NCBI GenBank assembly: GCA_028286905.1
Contig: JAQBQP010000001.1
Span: 79,114 to 143,113, forward strand
Reading direction: 5' to 3'
Length of the DNA: 64,000 nucleotides
Source of the DNA: Candidatus Doudnabacteria bacterium
Lineage (GTDB): Bacteria; Patescibacteriota; Doudnabacteria; UBA920; VMFF01
Shown: positions 20,640 through 30,716 of the stretch, in pieces
How positions within the stretch are numbered: position 1 is the first letter of the stretch
How the letters are laid out: the number at the start of each line of letters is the position of its first letter
Program-made: the position numbers and the translations under genes
The notes under the pieces: generated by a model
Database searches by the model: none
Told to the model about the DNA's origin: nothing
Seen by the model: only the letters and a program-made list of their open reading frames with translations

Positions 20640-22493
20640 TTATTCTACCACTTCAGCGTCCACAGAACCATCTTTCTTTTGCTGGTCTGTTTTTTCTGCA
20701 CCAGCTGTGTCGGAGCCTGCTCCAGCATTACCCGCCGGCTGATCTGTAGGTTGCTGATACATTGCTGCACCAACTTTTTGGATTGAAGCGGAAAGCTCGT
20801 CCATTGCTTTTTTAATTGCTTCCAAATCATCTTTGTCTTTTACTGTTTTCAAAGCGTCTATTTTATCCTGTGCATCTTTTTTATCTGCTTCAGGAGCCTT
20901 GTCACCAGCATCTTTCAAAGTTTTTTCAGCAACAGAAAGCAAGGTATCTGCTTGGTTCCTGGTATCTACTGTTTCTCTGCGCTGCTTATCTTCAGCAGCA
21001 TGCGCCTCTGCTTCTTGCTTCATTCTTTCGATATCATCCTTAGATAAGTTCGAGGAGCCTTGAATGGTAATATGAGTTTCTTTGCCGGATGCTTTATCTT
21101 TTGCACGAACTGTTAAAATTCCGTTAGCGTCGATGTCAAAAGTAACTTCAACTTGAGGCACTCCTCTTGGCGCCGGTGGAATACCATCCAAAATAAATTT
21201 GCCTAAGGTTTTATTATCAACGGCAAATTCTCTTTCACCCTGCAAGACGTTAATTTCTACAGAAGTTTGATTGTCTGCAGCTGTGCTAAATACTTGGGAT
21301 TTGGAAGTCGGTACGGTAGTGTTTCTGTCAATTAACGGAGTGCGCACACCGCCCATTGTTTCAATTCCAAGCGTTAAGGGAGTAACGTCCAGAAGCAAAA
21401 TGTCTTTTACTTCTCCGCCTAATACTCCGGCTTGGATTGCAGCCCCTTTGGCTACGGCTTCCATTGGATCAACTCCTCGTTCGACTTGCTTGCCAATGTA
21501 ATCTTCCACGAACTTTGAAACGATCGGCATTCTAGTTGGACCGCCAACCAAAATAATTTTATCAATCTGATTTGGAGTTAACTTTGCATCAGCAATTGCC
21601 TGTTCCATCGGATGGCGCAATTTTTCAATAATTGGCTTAACCAACTCTTCCAATTTTGCTCGAGTGATTTTTAAAGCCAAATGCTTTGGCCCATTTGCAT
21701 CCGCAGTAATGAATGGCAAGTTCAAATCGGTTTCTAAAGTGGTAGAAAGTTCAATTTTTGCCTTCTCTGCAGCTTCACGAACTCTGTTCATTGCCATCTT
21801 ATCTGCAGTAACATCGATTCCGCTTTCCTTTTTAAACTCCGAAGTGATGTAATTAATCAAAGCCGTATCCATATCTTTACCGCCAAGCTGAGTATCTCCA
21901 GATGTAGAAATAACTTCAAAAACGCCTTGTCCAAAATCCATGATTGTGACATCTAAGGTGCCACCACCTAAGTCAAATACTAAGATTTTTTGTTCTTGGC
22001 CAACCTTATCAATACCGTACGCTAATGCTGCGGCAGTTGGTTCATTAATAATTCTAACAACTTCCAACCCAGCAATTTCACCTGCATTTTTTGTAGCTTG
22101 TCTTTGGGCATCGTCAAAGTAAGCCGGAACTGTAATAACCGCTTTAGCAACTGGCGCGCCCAAATAACTTTCAGCGTCTTTCTTTATTTTTTGCAAAATG
22201 AAAGCTGAAATTTGTTCTGGTGTATATTCTTTGCCATTCAAATTGTATTTAAACGCTGTGCCCATTTTTCGCTTTGCCTCAAAAACTGTCCCTTCGGGAT
22301 TTGTAACGGCCTGGCGACGAGCTGGTTCTCCTACTAATAACTGCCCATCTTTTGTGAAAGCCACATAAGACGGAAAGGCTTTACCCGCGATACTGTTTCC
22401 TTCTGCCGAAGGAATAATCACTGGTTTCGCGCCTTCCATTACAGCAGCTGCGGAGTTAGATGTACCAAGATCGATACCTATTATTTTTGACAT
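20640..22493 (-). CDS. dnaK: Chaperone DnaK (Hsp70)
   Basis: [26 protein letters not shown] Hsp70 signatures; acidic C-terminal tail. Confidence 0.97.
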   Translation of the reverse strand: MSKIIGIDLGTSNSAAAVMEGAKPVIIPSAEGNSIAGKAFPSYVAFTKDGQLLVGEPARRQAVTNPEGTVFEAKRKMGTAFKYNLNGKEYTPEQISAFILQKIKKDAESYLGAPVAKAVITVPAYFDDAQRQATKNAGEIAGLEVVRIINEPTAAALAYGIDKVGQEQKILVFDLGGGTLDVTIMDFGQGVFEVISTSGDTQLGGKDMDTALINYITSEFKKESGIDVTADKMAMNRVREAAEKAKIELSTTLETDLNLPFITADANGPKHLALKITRAKLEELVKPIIEKLRHPMEQAIADAKLTPNQIDKIILVGGPTRMPIVSKFVEDYIGKQVERGVDPMEAVAKGAAIQAGVLGGEVKDILLLDVTPLTLGIETMGGVRTPLIDRNTTVPTSKSQVFSTAADNQTSVEINVLQGEREFAVDNKTLGKFILDGIPPAPRGVPQVEVTFDIDANGILTVRAKDKASGKETHITIQGSSNLSKDDIERMKQEAEAHAAEDKQRRETVDTRNQADTLLSVAEKTLKDAGDKAPEADKKDAQDKIDALKTVKDKDDLEAIKKAMDELSASIQKVGAAMYQQPTDQPAGNAGAGSDTAGAEKTDQQKKDGSVDAEVVE

Positions 22494-22495
22494 AA

Positions 22496-23023
22496 TTATT
22501 CCTTTCTTTTAGTTATTGTTACTTGTGCCGGTCGGATTAACTTTCCATTTATCGTATAGCCTGTTTGATATTCTTCGGCCACCATACCATCTTCGCTTCC
22601 TTCTACTTCACGAATTGCTTCGTGTAAATGTGGATCAAATTTCTTGCCAACCGCTTCTATTTTTTGGATACCCATCTCTTTCAAAGTTGTTTCAATTTGC
22701 TTCGCGATACCCATCAATCCGTTTTTCCAGTTCTGATATTTATCATCGGCCACTTCTGGAGCATGGATCATCGCTTGCTGTAATGAATCAATCACTGGCA
22801 GTAGTTGAGTAAAGGCGGCGCTTTTCCCGAAGCTCATCAGTTCAGAACTTTCAGCTTCTTTGCGCTTTCGAAAGTTTTCTAAATCTGCCTGAGTTCTCTT
22901 CCACCCAGCCAAATTTGCTTCAGCGGATTCCAGCGCTTCGCTCAGCTCTTGTTGCAAATCCTTTGGTGTGTTGTCTTCCGCAAGAACAGCATCATTTGTT
23001 GGTTCTATATCGTCCATGGTCAA
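22496..23023 (-). CDS. grpE: Nucleotide exchange factor GrpE
   Basis: Coiled-coil N-terminus followed by GrpE beta-domain; position between hrcA and dnaK. Confidence 0.85.
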   Translation of the reverse strand: MTMDDIEPTNDAVLAEDNTPKDLQQELSEALESAEANLAGWKRTQADLENFRKRKEAESSELMSFGKSAAFTQLLPVIDSLQQAMIHAPEVADDKYQNWKNGLMGIAKQIETTLKEMGIQKIEAVGKKFDPHLHEAIREVEGSEDGMVAEEYQTGYTINGKLIRPAQVTITKRKE

Positions 23024-23035
23024 TATTATTAGTTA

Positions 23036-23767
23036 TTATTTAGTATGTAATAAGATTAGCAAGATCATTAGTGTGCCGCTGGATAACAACTTCGCAATGT
23101 ATTCAACAAGGCTTAAGTTTTTATCATAACGCATCGATTTGTGCCCAATAATCCCAATTACTCCCTTTTTGCCGGAAGGCAGCAACACTTGCGAAACGAT
23201 CAAGGAGTAGTTTTGCAAAGGCGCGAGATGGTGTTCTTGCCCAATTAAAGCTCCTGGTTCATCACTGACTCGGATTTTTTCGCTAAACATATCTAGGTTA
23301 TCAAAAAAATCTGCGATTTCAATAATTTCTTTTTTATCTAAATTTGGATTATTAAAAATATTGGACAATCCGGCAGAAGATGTCTCCTCGGGCAATAAGG
23401 CAAACGCCGCTTGATCGGATTTTTCCGCCAGGAGCTTGGCAATATTTCTGCCGATCTCTTGGGTTTGCAATTGAAACTTTACCAGCTGACTCCGAAGCAT
23501 TTTCTGCTCCTTAATCGAAATCTCAAAATGTTTCATTAATTCATTTATGAAATAGCGATAACCTAAGTCGGTAGGAATCCTGCCAGCAGAGGTATGCGGT
23601 TGTTCAATGTAGCCCATTTTTTCCAAGGCCATCATTTCGTTTCGAATTGTTGCTGAAGATACACCAAAATTATACTTCTGGTTGATTTCTTCAGAACCAA
23701 TTGGTTCAGCATTGTTCGAATACTCCCGAACAATTGCTGCTAACAATTTTGCCTGTCTTGGAGTCAT
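23036..23767 (-). CDS. hrcA: Heat-inducible transcription repressor HrcA
   Basis: N-terminal winged helix (RQAKLLAAIVREY…GSEEI), operon position before grpE-dnaK, CIRCE upstream. Confidence 0.85.
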   Translation of the reverse strand: MTPRQAKLLAAIVREYSNNAEPIGSEEINQKYNFGVSSATIRNEMMALEKMGYIEQPHTSAGRIPTDLGYRYFINELMKHFEISIKEQKMLRSQLVKFQLQTQEIGRNIAKLLAEKSDQAAFALLPEETSSAGLSNIFNNPNLDKKEIIEIADFFDNLDMFSEKIRVSDEPGALIGQEHHLAPLQNYSLIVSQVLLPSGKKGVIGIIGHKSMRYDKNLSLVEYIAKLLSSGTLMILLILLHTK

Positions 23768-23782
23768 GTTTTTATATTAATA

Positions 23783-23809
23783 TTAGCACTCACGACTGTC
23801 AAGTGCTAA
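23783..23809 (-). promoter_or_regulatory. CIRCE operator (TTAGCACTT-N9-GAGTGCTAA on coding strand of hrcA) overlapping promoter TTGACA-17-TAATAT
   Basis: Matches CIRCE consensus TTAGCACTC-N9-GAGTGCTAA with one mismatch; -35 TTGACA starts inside left arm, -10 TAATAT ends 6 nt from hrcA ATG. Confidence 0.85.
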
Positions 23810-23903
23810 ACAATACAACCAAAGCAAAACCGCCGAACTCGTAAAAATTCGACGGCAGAGATTTAACCATATCGAGGCGGAGAAATTAGGATAAGCTACA
23901 GGA

Positions 23904-24419
23904 CTACTCTCTTTGCCAGACACAATATGCAGTGTTTCCAGTTAAGCAATGCCCGTTGTGCGGAGCATTCCAAGATGTATTGCATGCTGCCAGGGCTGGC
24001 ATATTGGAAGTTTGATTGTTTAAATTTTCCATTGGAGCGATCACAAAGGTTCCTCCGCATGGGTCTACGCCATAATCGTAGTAGTAATAAGTGTACGTGT
24101 TAGGAATATCAAGTGGATCATGAGGTACCTTGGCCATATAATTCGGGACAAGCTGGCTAAGAAAATTTGGTTGATTGTCAGCATAATAGCAGCATGGAGT
24201 GTAATTAGTTGGCATCGTGCCATTATCAATATAGTAAGCCTGTAAAGCAGTGTTTATCTGCAACAAGTCTGCTTTTCTTTTTACGTCTCTGGCATTACTG
24301 CGAGTTCTACTTACACCCACCAAAACAATTGAGACCAAAAGACCGATTATCGCAATGACAACCAACAGCTCAATTAACGTAAAGGCATTCGCAGAAGCTT
24401 GATTTGATTTTAGTTTCAT
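23904..24419 (-). CDS. Type IV pilin-like / pseudopilin (prepilin-type N-terminal methylation domain)
   Basis: Class III signal peptide …ANA|FTLIELLVVIAIIGLL, conserved E5, C-terminal Cys pair, YYYYDYG motif. Confidence 0.85.
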   Translation of the reverse strand: MKLKSNQASANAFTLIELLVVIAIIGLLVSIVLVGVSRTRSNARDVKRKADLLQINTALQAYYIDNGTMPTNYTPCCYYADNQPNFLSQLVPNYMAKVPHDPLDIPNTYTYYYYDYGVDPCGGTFVIAPMENLNNQTSNMPALAACNTSWNAPHNGHCLTGNTAYCVWQRE

Positions 24420-24488
24420 TTACTCCGGCTAATTTTATATTAATAGTTTAACAAAGTAATATTTAATAATCAATAAAAAACTGCTCTT

Positions 24489-27311
24489 TTAGAGCAGTTT
24501 TTTTAAATATTGGCCAGTGTAACTTCGTTTTATTTTTACAATATCTTCTGGAGTACCGACCCCTATCAGCTCCCCGCCCTTATTGCCGCCTTCAGGTCCA
24601 AGATCAATTAACCAGTCTGCTGATTTAATTACATCTAAATTGTGTTCAATCACTACGACGGTATTTCCTTTTTCCACTAATTTGCTTAAGACTTGCAGCA
24701 AACGTTTGACGTCTGCGAAATGCAAACCGGTGGTTGGTTCGTCTAATATATATAGAGTGCGCCCAGTCGAAGCACGGGATAATTCGGAAGCCAACTTAAT
24801 ACGCTGTGCTTCTCCCCCCGATAGGGTGGTCGCTTGCTGGCCAAGATGCATATACCCTAAACCAACTTCTGCCAATGTGAAAAGTTTTCTATAAATCAAC
24901 GGGATGCTTTTGAAAAATTCTGCTGCTTCATCCACGGTCATTTCCAAAACCTCAGAGATATTTTTGCCTTTGTAATGAATTTCTAAAGCTTCGCGATTGT
25001 ATCTTCTGCCTTTGCATTCTTCACAAGCAACATAAACGTCCGGCAAGAAATGCATTTCTATTTTAATCACACCATCGCCGCCGCAAGTCTCACATCGCCC
25101 GCCTTTAACATTAAAAGAAAATCTCCCGGCTTTATATCCGCGCATTTTTGCTTCTGGCGTCGCCGCAAACAAATCGCGGATGTAAGTGAACACTCCTGTA
25201 TAAGTTGCTGGATTAGAGCGAGGCGTTCTACCAATTGGCGATTGATCAATATTAATAATTTTATCAACGTGCTCCATACCAACAATTTTCTTATGAGCAC
25301 CTGGGGCTTCTTTGGAACTGTAAAAATATTGTGATAAAGATTTGGCTAAAATTTCATTAAGCAAAGTGGATTTACCTGATCCGGAAACACCGGTTAAACA
25401 AACAAACTTTCCTAATGGAATATCAACGTTGATGTTCTGCAAATTGTGCTCAGTTGCTCCGATGATTGAAATCTTCTTGCCATTGCCAGGGTGCCTGCGC
25501 TTTGGCACTTCAATCTTTTCTGCGCCGGAAAGGTATTGCCCAGTAATAGAATTTTTATTCTTTGCAATTTGCGCTGGAGTTCCTTCGCCAATAATTTCAC
25601 CGCCATGTTTACCTGCGCCGGGACCAATGTCGACAACCCAGTCTGCGGCTTCAATTGTGTCTTGGTCATGCTCTACCACAATTACAGTATTACCAAGATC
25701 TCTTAAGCCTTTTAAAGTTTTAAGTAATCGATCATTATCTCTTTGATGCAAACCAATTGAAGGTTCGTCTAATATATAGAGCACTCCGGTTAAGCCAGAG
25801 CCGACCTGCGTCGCCAGACGAATACGTTGTGCTTCCCCGCCCGATAAAGTATCCGCGCCACGATCCAATGTTAAATAGTTTAAACCCACATCCAATAGGA
25901 AGGTTAAACGGGCGCAAATTTCTTTAAGAATTTGGTGTGCGATTTTTTTATCTTTTTCAGAAAGTTTTTTACTTAACGCCTGGAAAAAGACATCGGCGTC
26001 ATCGATGCTCATCGTCGATGTGTCAACAATTGATTTATCGGCTACAGTTACGGCCAAAACTTCTGGCTTTAATCTTTTACCATGACAAGATGGACATTCA
26101 CTAATGCGCATATAGTTCTCGATTTCATTGCGCATGTAGTCAGAGTCTGTTTCTTTGTATCTTCTTTCCAAGTTTGGGACCACGCCCTCAAAAGTAGTAT
26201 TGAAGCCATACTCATAATCTTCTTTTGAAGCTTCAACTTTTATCTTCTTTTCACCGGTTCCATGCAAAATAACATCAATTGCTTTTTCAGAAAGTTGGGA
26301 AATTGGTACATCCATCGAAAAACCATATTCATTTGCAACAGCTGTAAGCATTCGGGAATACCAAGAAATTCGGGAAGTGGTTTTGCTCCATGGTCGAATC
26401 GCACCTTCTGCTAATGTCAGCTTTGGATTAGGCATCACCAATTCTGGAGCGATTTCCAAGCGAGTGCCTAGGCCGGTACAAGTGGGGCACGCCCCATGCG
26501 GAGAATTGAACGAAAAGTTACGCGGAGCTAATTCCGGCATGCTCATATGCCCTTCGGGGCAAGCAAATTTCTGAGACAATAAAAATTCCTTACCGGTATC
26601 AAGATTTTGAACCAGAGCCACTTCATCGCCAAGGTCTAAAGCGGTTTCCAAGGAATCTGCCAAACGAGCGCGATCATTCTTATCAATGGTAATACGATCT
26701 ACGACGACATCAATAGAGTGTTTTTTCTTCTTATCTAAATTAAGTTGCAACGCTTCGGAAAGGTCCATTACAGTTCCGTCAACACGAACACGGGCATAGC
26801 CAGCTTTTTTTGCTTCTTCCAAAACGTGACGGTGCTCCCCTTTTTGATCTTTAATAAAAGGTGCCATCAAAATAATTTTGCTGCCTTCTGGCATTGAAAC
26901 TAATTGTTCGATCATTTGAGACGCAGATTGACCAGAAATTTTCTTTCCGCAAACAGGACAATGCGGTACGCCAACCCGGGCAAACAACAAACGCAGGTAG
27001 TCATAAATTTCTGTTACGGTACCTACAGTAGAACGCGGATTATGCGACGCGGATTTTTGATCAATAGAAATTGCAGGAGAAAGCCCTTCAATGCTTTCAA
27101 CATCTGGCTTATCCATCAAACCCAAAAATTGTCTTGCATATGCAGACAGAGATTCAACGTAGCGGCGTTGGCCCTCCGCATAAATAGTGTCGAAAGCCAA
27201 AGAAGACTTACCGGAACCGGAAAGGCCGGTCATAACAATTAACTTGTTACTTGGTAAGTCTAAACTAATGTTCTTTAAATTATGTTGTTTCGCGCCACGA
27301 ATTTTGATCAT
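24489..27311 (-). CDS. uvrA: Excinuclease ABC subunit A
   Basis: Two ABC ATPase modules ([23 protein letters not shown]), zinc-finger CxxC pairs, 940 aa; intrinsic terminator hairpin overlaps its last codons (24471-24499). Confidence 0.95.
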   Translation of the reverse strand: MIKIRGAKQHNLKNISLDLPSNKLIVMTGLSGSGKSSLAFDTIYAEGQRRYVESLSAYARQFLGLMDKPDVESIEGLSPAISIDQKSASHNPRSTVGTVTEIYDYLRLLFARVGVPHCPVCGKKISGQSASQMIEQLVSMPEGSKIILMAPFIKDQKGEHRHVLEEAKKAGYARVRVDGTVMDLSEALQLNLDKKKKHSIDVVVDRITIDKNDRARLADSLETALDLGDEVALVQNLDTGKEFLLSQKFACPEGHMSMPELAPRNFSFNSPHGACPTCTGLGTRLEIAPELVMPNPKLTLAEGAIRPWSKTTSRISWYSRMLTAVANEYGFSMDVPISQLSEKAIDVILHGTGEKKIKVEASKEDYEYGFNTTFEGVVPNLERRYKETDSDYMRNEIENYMRISECPSCHGKRLKPEVLAVTVADKSIVDTSTMSIDDADVFFQALSKKLSEKDKKIAHQILKEICARLTFLLDVGLNYLTLDRGADTLSGGEAQRIRLATQVGSGLTGVLYILDEPSIGLHQRDNDRLLKTLKGLRDLGNTVIVVEHDQDTIEAADWVVDIGPGAGKHGGEIIGEGTPAQIAKNKNSITGQYLSGAEKIEVPKRRHPGNGKKISIIGATEHNLQNINVDIPLGKFVCLTGVSGSGKSTLLNEILAKSLSQYFYSSKEAPGAHKKIVGMEHVDKIINIDQSPIGRTPRSNPATYTGVFTYIRDLFAATPEAKMRGYKAGRFSFNVKGGRCETCGGDGVIKIEMHFLPDVYVACEECKGRRYNREALEIHYKGKNISEVLEMTVDEAAEFFKSIPLIYRKLFTLAEVGLGYMHLGQQATTLSGGEAQRIKLASELSRASTGRTLYILDEPTTGLHFADVKRLLQVLSKLVEKGNTVVVIEHNLDVIKSADWLIDLGPEGGNKGGELIGVGTPEDIVKIKRSYTGQYLKKLL

Positions 27312-27471
27312 TTTGATTTCGAATTAATGAACGATTTGCTCGGGATTCACTAACTTCCGGTCTTTGTACACGCGGTTAGAAGAAAGTATATACCCTCTGT
27401 CAACGTTGGGTCAAGGGTCAAGTTGAGGACGCAGAGTCAAGTAAATTGCTAAATAAATTGGTGGCAAAACA

Positions 27472-27503
27472 AAGACACCACTCTCAAAATCAAGAGTGGT
27501 GTC
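27472..27503 (-). terminator. Intrinsic terminator of GC-rich 241-aa gene
   Basis: AGACACCACTCT-caaaatcaa-GAGTGGTGTCT followed on minus strand by TTGTTTTG. Confidence 0.7.
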
Positions 27504-27531
27504 TAGGTTTTATGACAGATCCGGGCGGGAG

Positions 27532-28257
27532 CTAGGCGGACTTCACGGTGCTCTCGGCGACCTCTGCGTCCGCCTCCAGCGCGATCGCTAGCGAGGCGTT
27601 GAGCTTGCCGGCGATCAGCGCGCGGTCGATGATGCTCTCTTCGAGCAACGCGACGTTATGCGCGTGAACGGTCTCGACATGCGCACGAATCGCGGCGAAC
27701 ACCTCCTCGTTCTCGCGATCGAGCGAGTAGAACACATCGTTGTAGAGGACGCACATCTGCACCAGGTACTCCGACGACGCCAAGGTGTGCGCGGCGAGGA
27801 AGTCCTTGAGTGCTTTCAGCTTCAGCCGCGCGTTTCGCTCGTACTGACTGAGGTCCATAGCGTAGTTCTTGGAGAGCTGCTGCACGAACGTGCAGAAGCT
27901 CTCCACCTCCGAGCGCAGACCCTTGGCGTCCTTCATCGTGGCGCGCACGAACTTGAACTGCGCGACCATCAGGTCGTTGAGGATTTCCGGCAGCATCGTG
28001 TAGGCCTTCTGAAGATCTGCGAAATTGTCGGAACTGATGTCGGACCCGACCCGATTGATCGACTCCACAAGCTCGGGAGACAACACGAAGTCCTCGATTC
28101 GCGGCTCCGCCTGCTCGTCTTCCGGAAACAAGGCGGCGAGCTCGGTCGCGAGAGCGCTTGCACGCACCCGCATCTCGACGATCAGGAAGCGTGCACCTTC
28201 GATGTTCAGCGCAACGACGGGTGCGGGAAGCCGGCTCGCAAGGCTGAGATCTGTCAT
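27532..28257 (-). CDS. Hypothetical cytoplasmic protein (241 aa) in GC-rich islet; weak Rx6H (HEPN-like) motif near C-terminus
   Basis: Long ORF with ~62% GC and high GC3, start ATG 28257 preceded by GGAGGA 7 nt upstream (ORF-track upstream extension to 28323 lacks SD). Predicted all-alpha; no family recognised; IRAHVETVH resembles HEPN Rx4-6H. Confidence 0.55.
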   Translation of the reverse strand: MTDLSLASRLPAPVVALNIEGARFLIVEMRVRASALATELAALFPEDEQAEPRIEDFVLSPELVESINRVGSDISSDNFADLQKAYTMLPEILNDLMVAQFKFVRATMKDAKGLRSEVESFCTFVQQLSKNYAMDLSQYERNARLKLKALKDFLAAHTLASSEYLVQMCVLYNDVFYSLDRENEEVFAAIRAHVETVHAHNVALLEESIIDRALIAGKLNASLAIALEADAEVAESTVKSA

Positions 28258-28329
28258 GTGATCATTCCTCCGAATGAGGCCGCTTATCGCGGCGTTGTTG
28301 GGAACTGTTGGCGCAAAAACCAATTTGAT

Positions 28330-28358
28330 ATAGTACCATAAAAGTTATTTTTTGTCAA
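28330..28358 (-). promoter_or_regulatory. Consensus promoter TTGACA-17-TGgTACTAT for the 241-aa gene
   Basis: Read on minus strand: TTGACAaaaaataacttttatggTACTAT, same style as rnj promoter at 33633. Confidence 0.55.
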
Positions 28359-28367
28359 CACAATCAA

Positions 28368-28411
28368 AAAGCCGCCTCCTTTCTATCCGTAGATAGATTG
28401 GTGGCGGCTTT
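28368..28411 (-). terminator. Hairpin separating 69-aa ORF from downstream 241-aa gene promoter
   Basis: AAGCCGCC…GGCGGCTT 8-bp GC stem with inner TATC-cgta-GATA element, followed on minus strand by TTTTT. Confidence 0.55.
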
Positions 28412-28450
28412 CAGTTTACTCACTCGTGGCTTTGCTTGCTGCGCTGTCCC

Positions 28451-28660
28451 TTAGGACTTCAGCAGCGGCAGCCCGGCCATCGCCAGCATCGCCCGCTTCG
28501 AACGACGGATCCTGGTACCGCACTTCTGCGTACCGTTGGCGGTCGAACCCCTCGGCGCCGGATAGCGGCGACGCTCGGGCTGCTGAACGAGCAGCTGGAC
28601 CAGTACGATGCGGGTGATGCCGGCTTCCCGAACGACTTCGCGGCGCAGTGAGACTTTCAT
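28451..28660 (-). CDS. Small basic ORF (69 aa) in GC-rich islet, putative DNA-binding/regulatory protein
   Basis: ATG at 28660 with AAGGAG 7 nt upstream; GC3 ~75% in this frame only; overlapping 117-aa and plus-strand ORFs look like wrong frames. Confidence 0.4.
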   Translation of the reverse strand: MKVSLRREVVREAGITRIVLVQLLVQQPERRRYPAPRGSTANGTQKCGTRIRRSKRAMLAMAGLPLLKS

Positions 28661-28701
28661 GAATCTCTCCTTGAGATTTTGCTGCCTGAGGCAGCGGTGG
28701 C

Positions 28702-28727
28702 CCGAATATAACGACTGTTATATTCGG
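28702..28727. promoter_or_regulatory. Operator-like inverted repeat CCGAATATAAC-gact-GTTATATTCGG in 5' UTR of 69-aa ORF
   Basis: 11-bp perfect arms verified base by base; lies between a minus-strand TTGACA-17-TATCCT promoter (~28805-28835) and the ORF SD. Confidence 0.6.
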
Positions 28728-28901
28728 AATTCTTGTGGTGCAGGGGAAGGAATTGCGAAGAGGCCACAATAAAAATATATTAGCCCTCGCAACTCTTTTC
28801 CCAACACCATATCAAGATTTCTATAGGATACCAGAAACTTGTGTTTTTGTCAAGCTTATGTTCAAGTGCCAAAGAGTAATAAATACGCTATAATTCAAAG
28901 T

Positions 28902-30716
28902 ATGGCTTTAGATATCAAAGAAAAATTAAAGAATATTCCGCATAAACCTGGAGTTTACCTATTTAAAGGAAAGAATCAGGAGATCCTTTATGTTGGGAAA
29001 GCGAAGGATTTGAAGAACCGAGTTTCCCAATACTTCAGGAAGGAACACGACGGACGATTGCAAATCCCTTTTTTAATGCAGGATGTTACAGATTTCGAGC
29101 ACATCATTACCGACAACGATGTGGAGTGCTTGCTTTTAGAAAACACTTTGATAAAAAAATATAAGCCACGTTACAACATTAAATTACGTGATGATAAAAA
29201 TTATGCCTTTATAAAAATAGATTACGATTGTGAAATTCCACAGATATACACAATGAGAAACCCAGATTCTAAGAATGCTCGATATTTTGGACCATACTCC
29301 TCTGCTTTAAAGGTCCGAGAAACTTTAAATTTAGTTCGCAAAGTTTTTCCTTATTGTGCCAATAAGAAGGTAAGCAACCGTCCATGTTTTTATTACTATT
29401 TGCATCGCTGCCCTGGAGTTTGTATTGGTAAAATTTCACTTGAAGAATATCAGCAAACAATTCATAAGATTAGTTTGTTTATCGCCGGTAACATTTCTGA
29501 AGTTAAAAAAGATATCCAAAAGCAAATGCGTGAAGCCGCTTCACAAAAGCTTTTTGAACGAGCCGCTGATTTGCGCGATCAGATGCGCTCAATAGAAGTA
29601 GTTGAAGAGCGACAAAAAGCAATATTTGCAAAAAAGGTTGAATGGGATTTTATCTCTTATTTTCAAACTGCAGATAAATCTACTATTAATGTCTTTGTGA
29701 TTCGTGGAGGCAAAATGATCGATCGCAAAAACTTTATTTTAGAAGAGACCCAAAACAAATCTGGGTGTGATATTATTGATGCTTTTATGGAAAAATATTA
29801 CTTGGAAACTTCGGATCTACCAAGAGAGATATTTGTCCAGGAATTGCCGACGGATATTGAAATGATGGAGCGAGTGCTAAATGAAAAGAGCCAAAAGAAG
29901 CACAAGATTACAATCACCAAACCAAATCGTGCAAAAAAAGCCGAACTGATTACCTTAGGGATAGAAAATGCTAAAGAATATTTTGAGTCCTGGTCCCGAG
30001 ATCAAGTTTCTGAGCTTTCAAGAACAACTTTAGCGCTTGATGAATTGCAAAAAGTTTTGAAACTAAAAGAGACCCCTTTCAGAATAGAATGTTTTGATAT
30101 TTCAAATATTCAAGGTACTAACTCTGTAGCGAGCATGGTAGTATTTGAAAATGGCAAACCAAATCGTTCGCAGTACCGAAAATTTAAAATAAAAATAGAC
30201 GGTCAGCCAAATGATTTTGCAATGATGAAAGAAGCTTTAACTCGCCGCTTTCATCTTTCTCACCGGGAAGATACCGAGCAAAAGTGGCCTTTGCCTAACC
30301 TTTTAGTGGTTGATGGCGGAAAGGGTCAGCTAGGCATGGCGGTTGAAGTATTAAATGAATACGCTTTAGACATACCAGTTATTGGCCTAGCGAAACGCGA
30401 AGAAGAAATATTCTGGCCAGGCAAAGCTGAACCAATCTTATTGCCAAAATCAGATTATGCCTTACAGCTTTTACAACGTTTGCGTGATGAAGCGCATCGC
30501 TTTGCCATTACTTTCCATAAAAAACTTCGATCGAAACAAGCTTACCGATCCGTTCTCGATGACATTGCTGGCATTGGACCTAAAAAGAAAAAACTTCTTA
30601 TTAGAAAATATGGTTCGGTTGCGAACATAAAAAAACTAGCGAGCCCCGAAGAACTTTCGGAACTCGCTAGCTTAGTTGGCAAGACAGCCGCCGACGAACT
30701 AACCGCGAATTTGTAG
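28902..30716 (+). CDS. uvrC: Excinuclease ABC subunit C
   Basis: N-terminal GIY-YIG (PGVYLFKG…ILYVGKAKDLKNRV), UvrBC-binding, RNase H-like and C-terminal HhH; start MALDIKEKLK at 28902, TATAAT box 7 nt upstream (leaderless). Confidence 0.9.
   Translation: MALDIKEKLKNIPHKPGVYLFKGKNQEILYVGKAKDLKNRVSQYFRKEHDGRLQIPFLMQDVTDFEHIITDNDVECLLLENTLIKKYKPRYNIKLRDDKNYAFIKIDYDCEIPQIYTMRNPDSKNARYFGPYSSALKVRETLNLVRKVFPYCANKKVSNRPCFYYYLHRCPGVCIGKISLEEYQQTIHKISLFIAGNISEVKKDIQKQMREAASQKLFERAADLRDQMRSIEVVEERQKAIFAKKVEWDFISYFQTADKSTINVFVIRGGKMIDRKNFILEETQNKSGCDIIDAFMEKYYLETSDLPREIFVQELPTDIEMMERVLNEKSQKKHKITITKPNRAKKAELITLGIENAKEYFESWSRDQVSELSRTTLALDELQKVLKLKETPFRIECFDISNIQGTNSVASMVVFENGKPNRSQYRKFKIKIDGQPNDFAMMKEALTRRFHLSHREDTEQKWPLPNLLVVDGGKGQLGMAVEVLNEYALDIPVIGLAKREEEIFWPGKAEPILLPKSDYALQLLQRLRDEAHRFAITFHKKLRSKQAYRSVLDDIAGIGPKKKKLLIRKYGSVANIKKLASPEELSELASLVGKTAADELTANL

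Noticed and set aside
27532-28257. Assignment of the 241-aa protein to gas-vesicle GvpF/L, PspA or HEPN families
   Set aside because: Only superficial composition or motif resemblance (Rx6H). No alignment-level support is possible without searches.
27658-28341. 227-aa plus-strand ORF antisense to the 241-aa islet gene
   Set aside because: Shadow ORF in GC-rich DNA (Arg/Leu/Val/His-rich, no SD). The minus-strand frame has the promoter, SD, terminator and protein-like composition.
28416-28769. 117-aa minus-strand ORF and several 60-80-aa plus-strand ORFs overlapping the 69-aa ORF in the GC-rich islet
   Set aside because: Arg/Pro/Ser/Ala-rich translations with low GC3 periodicity, typical of wrong frames in GC-rich DNA. 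Only the 28451-28660 frame has an SD and high GC3.
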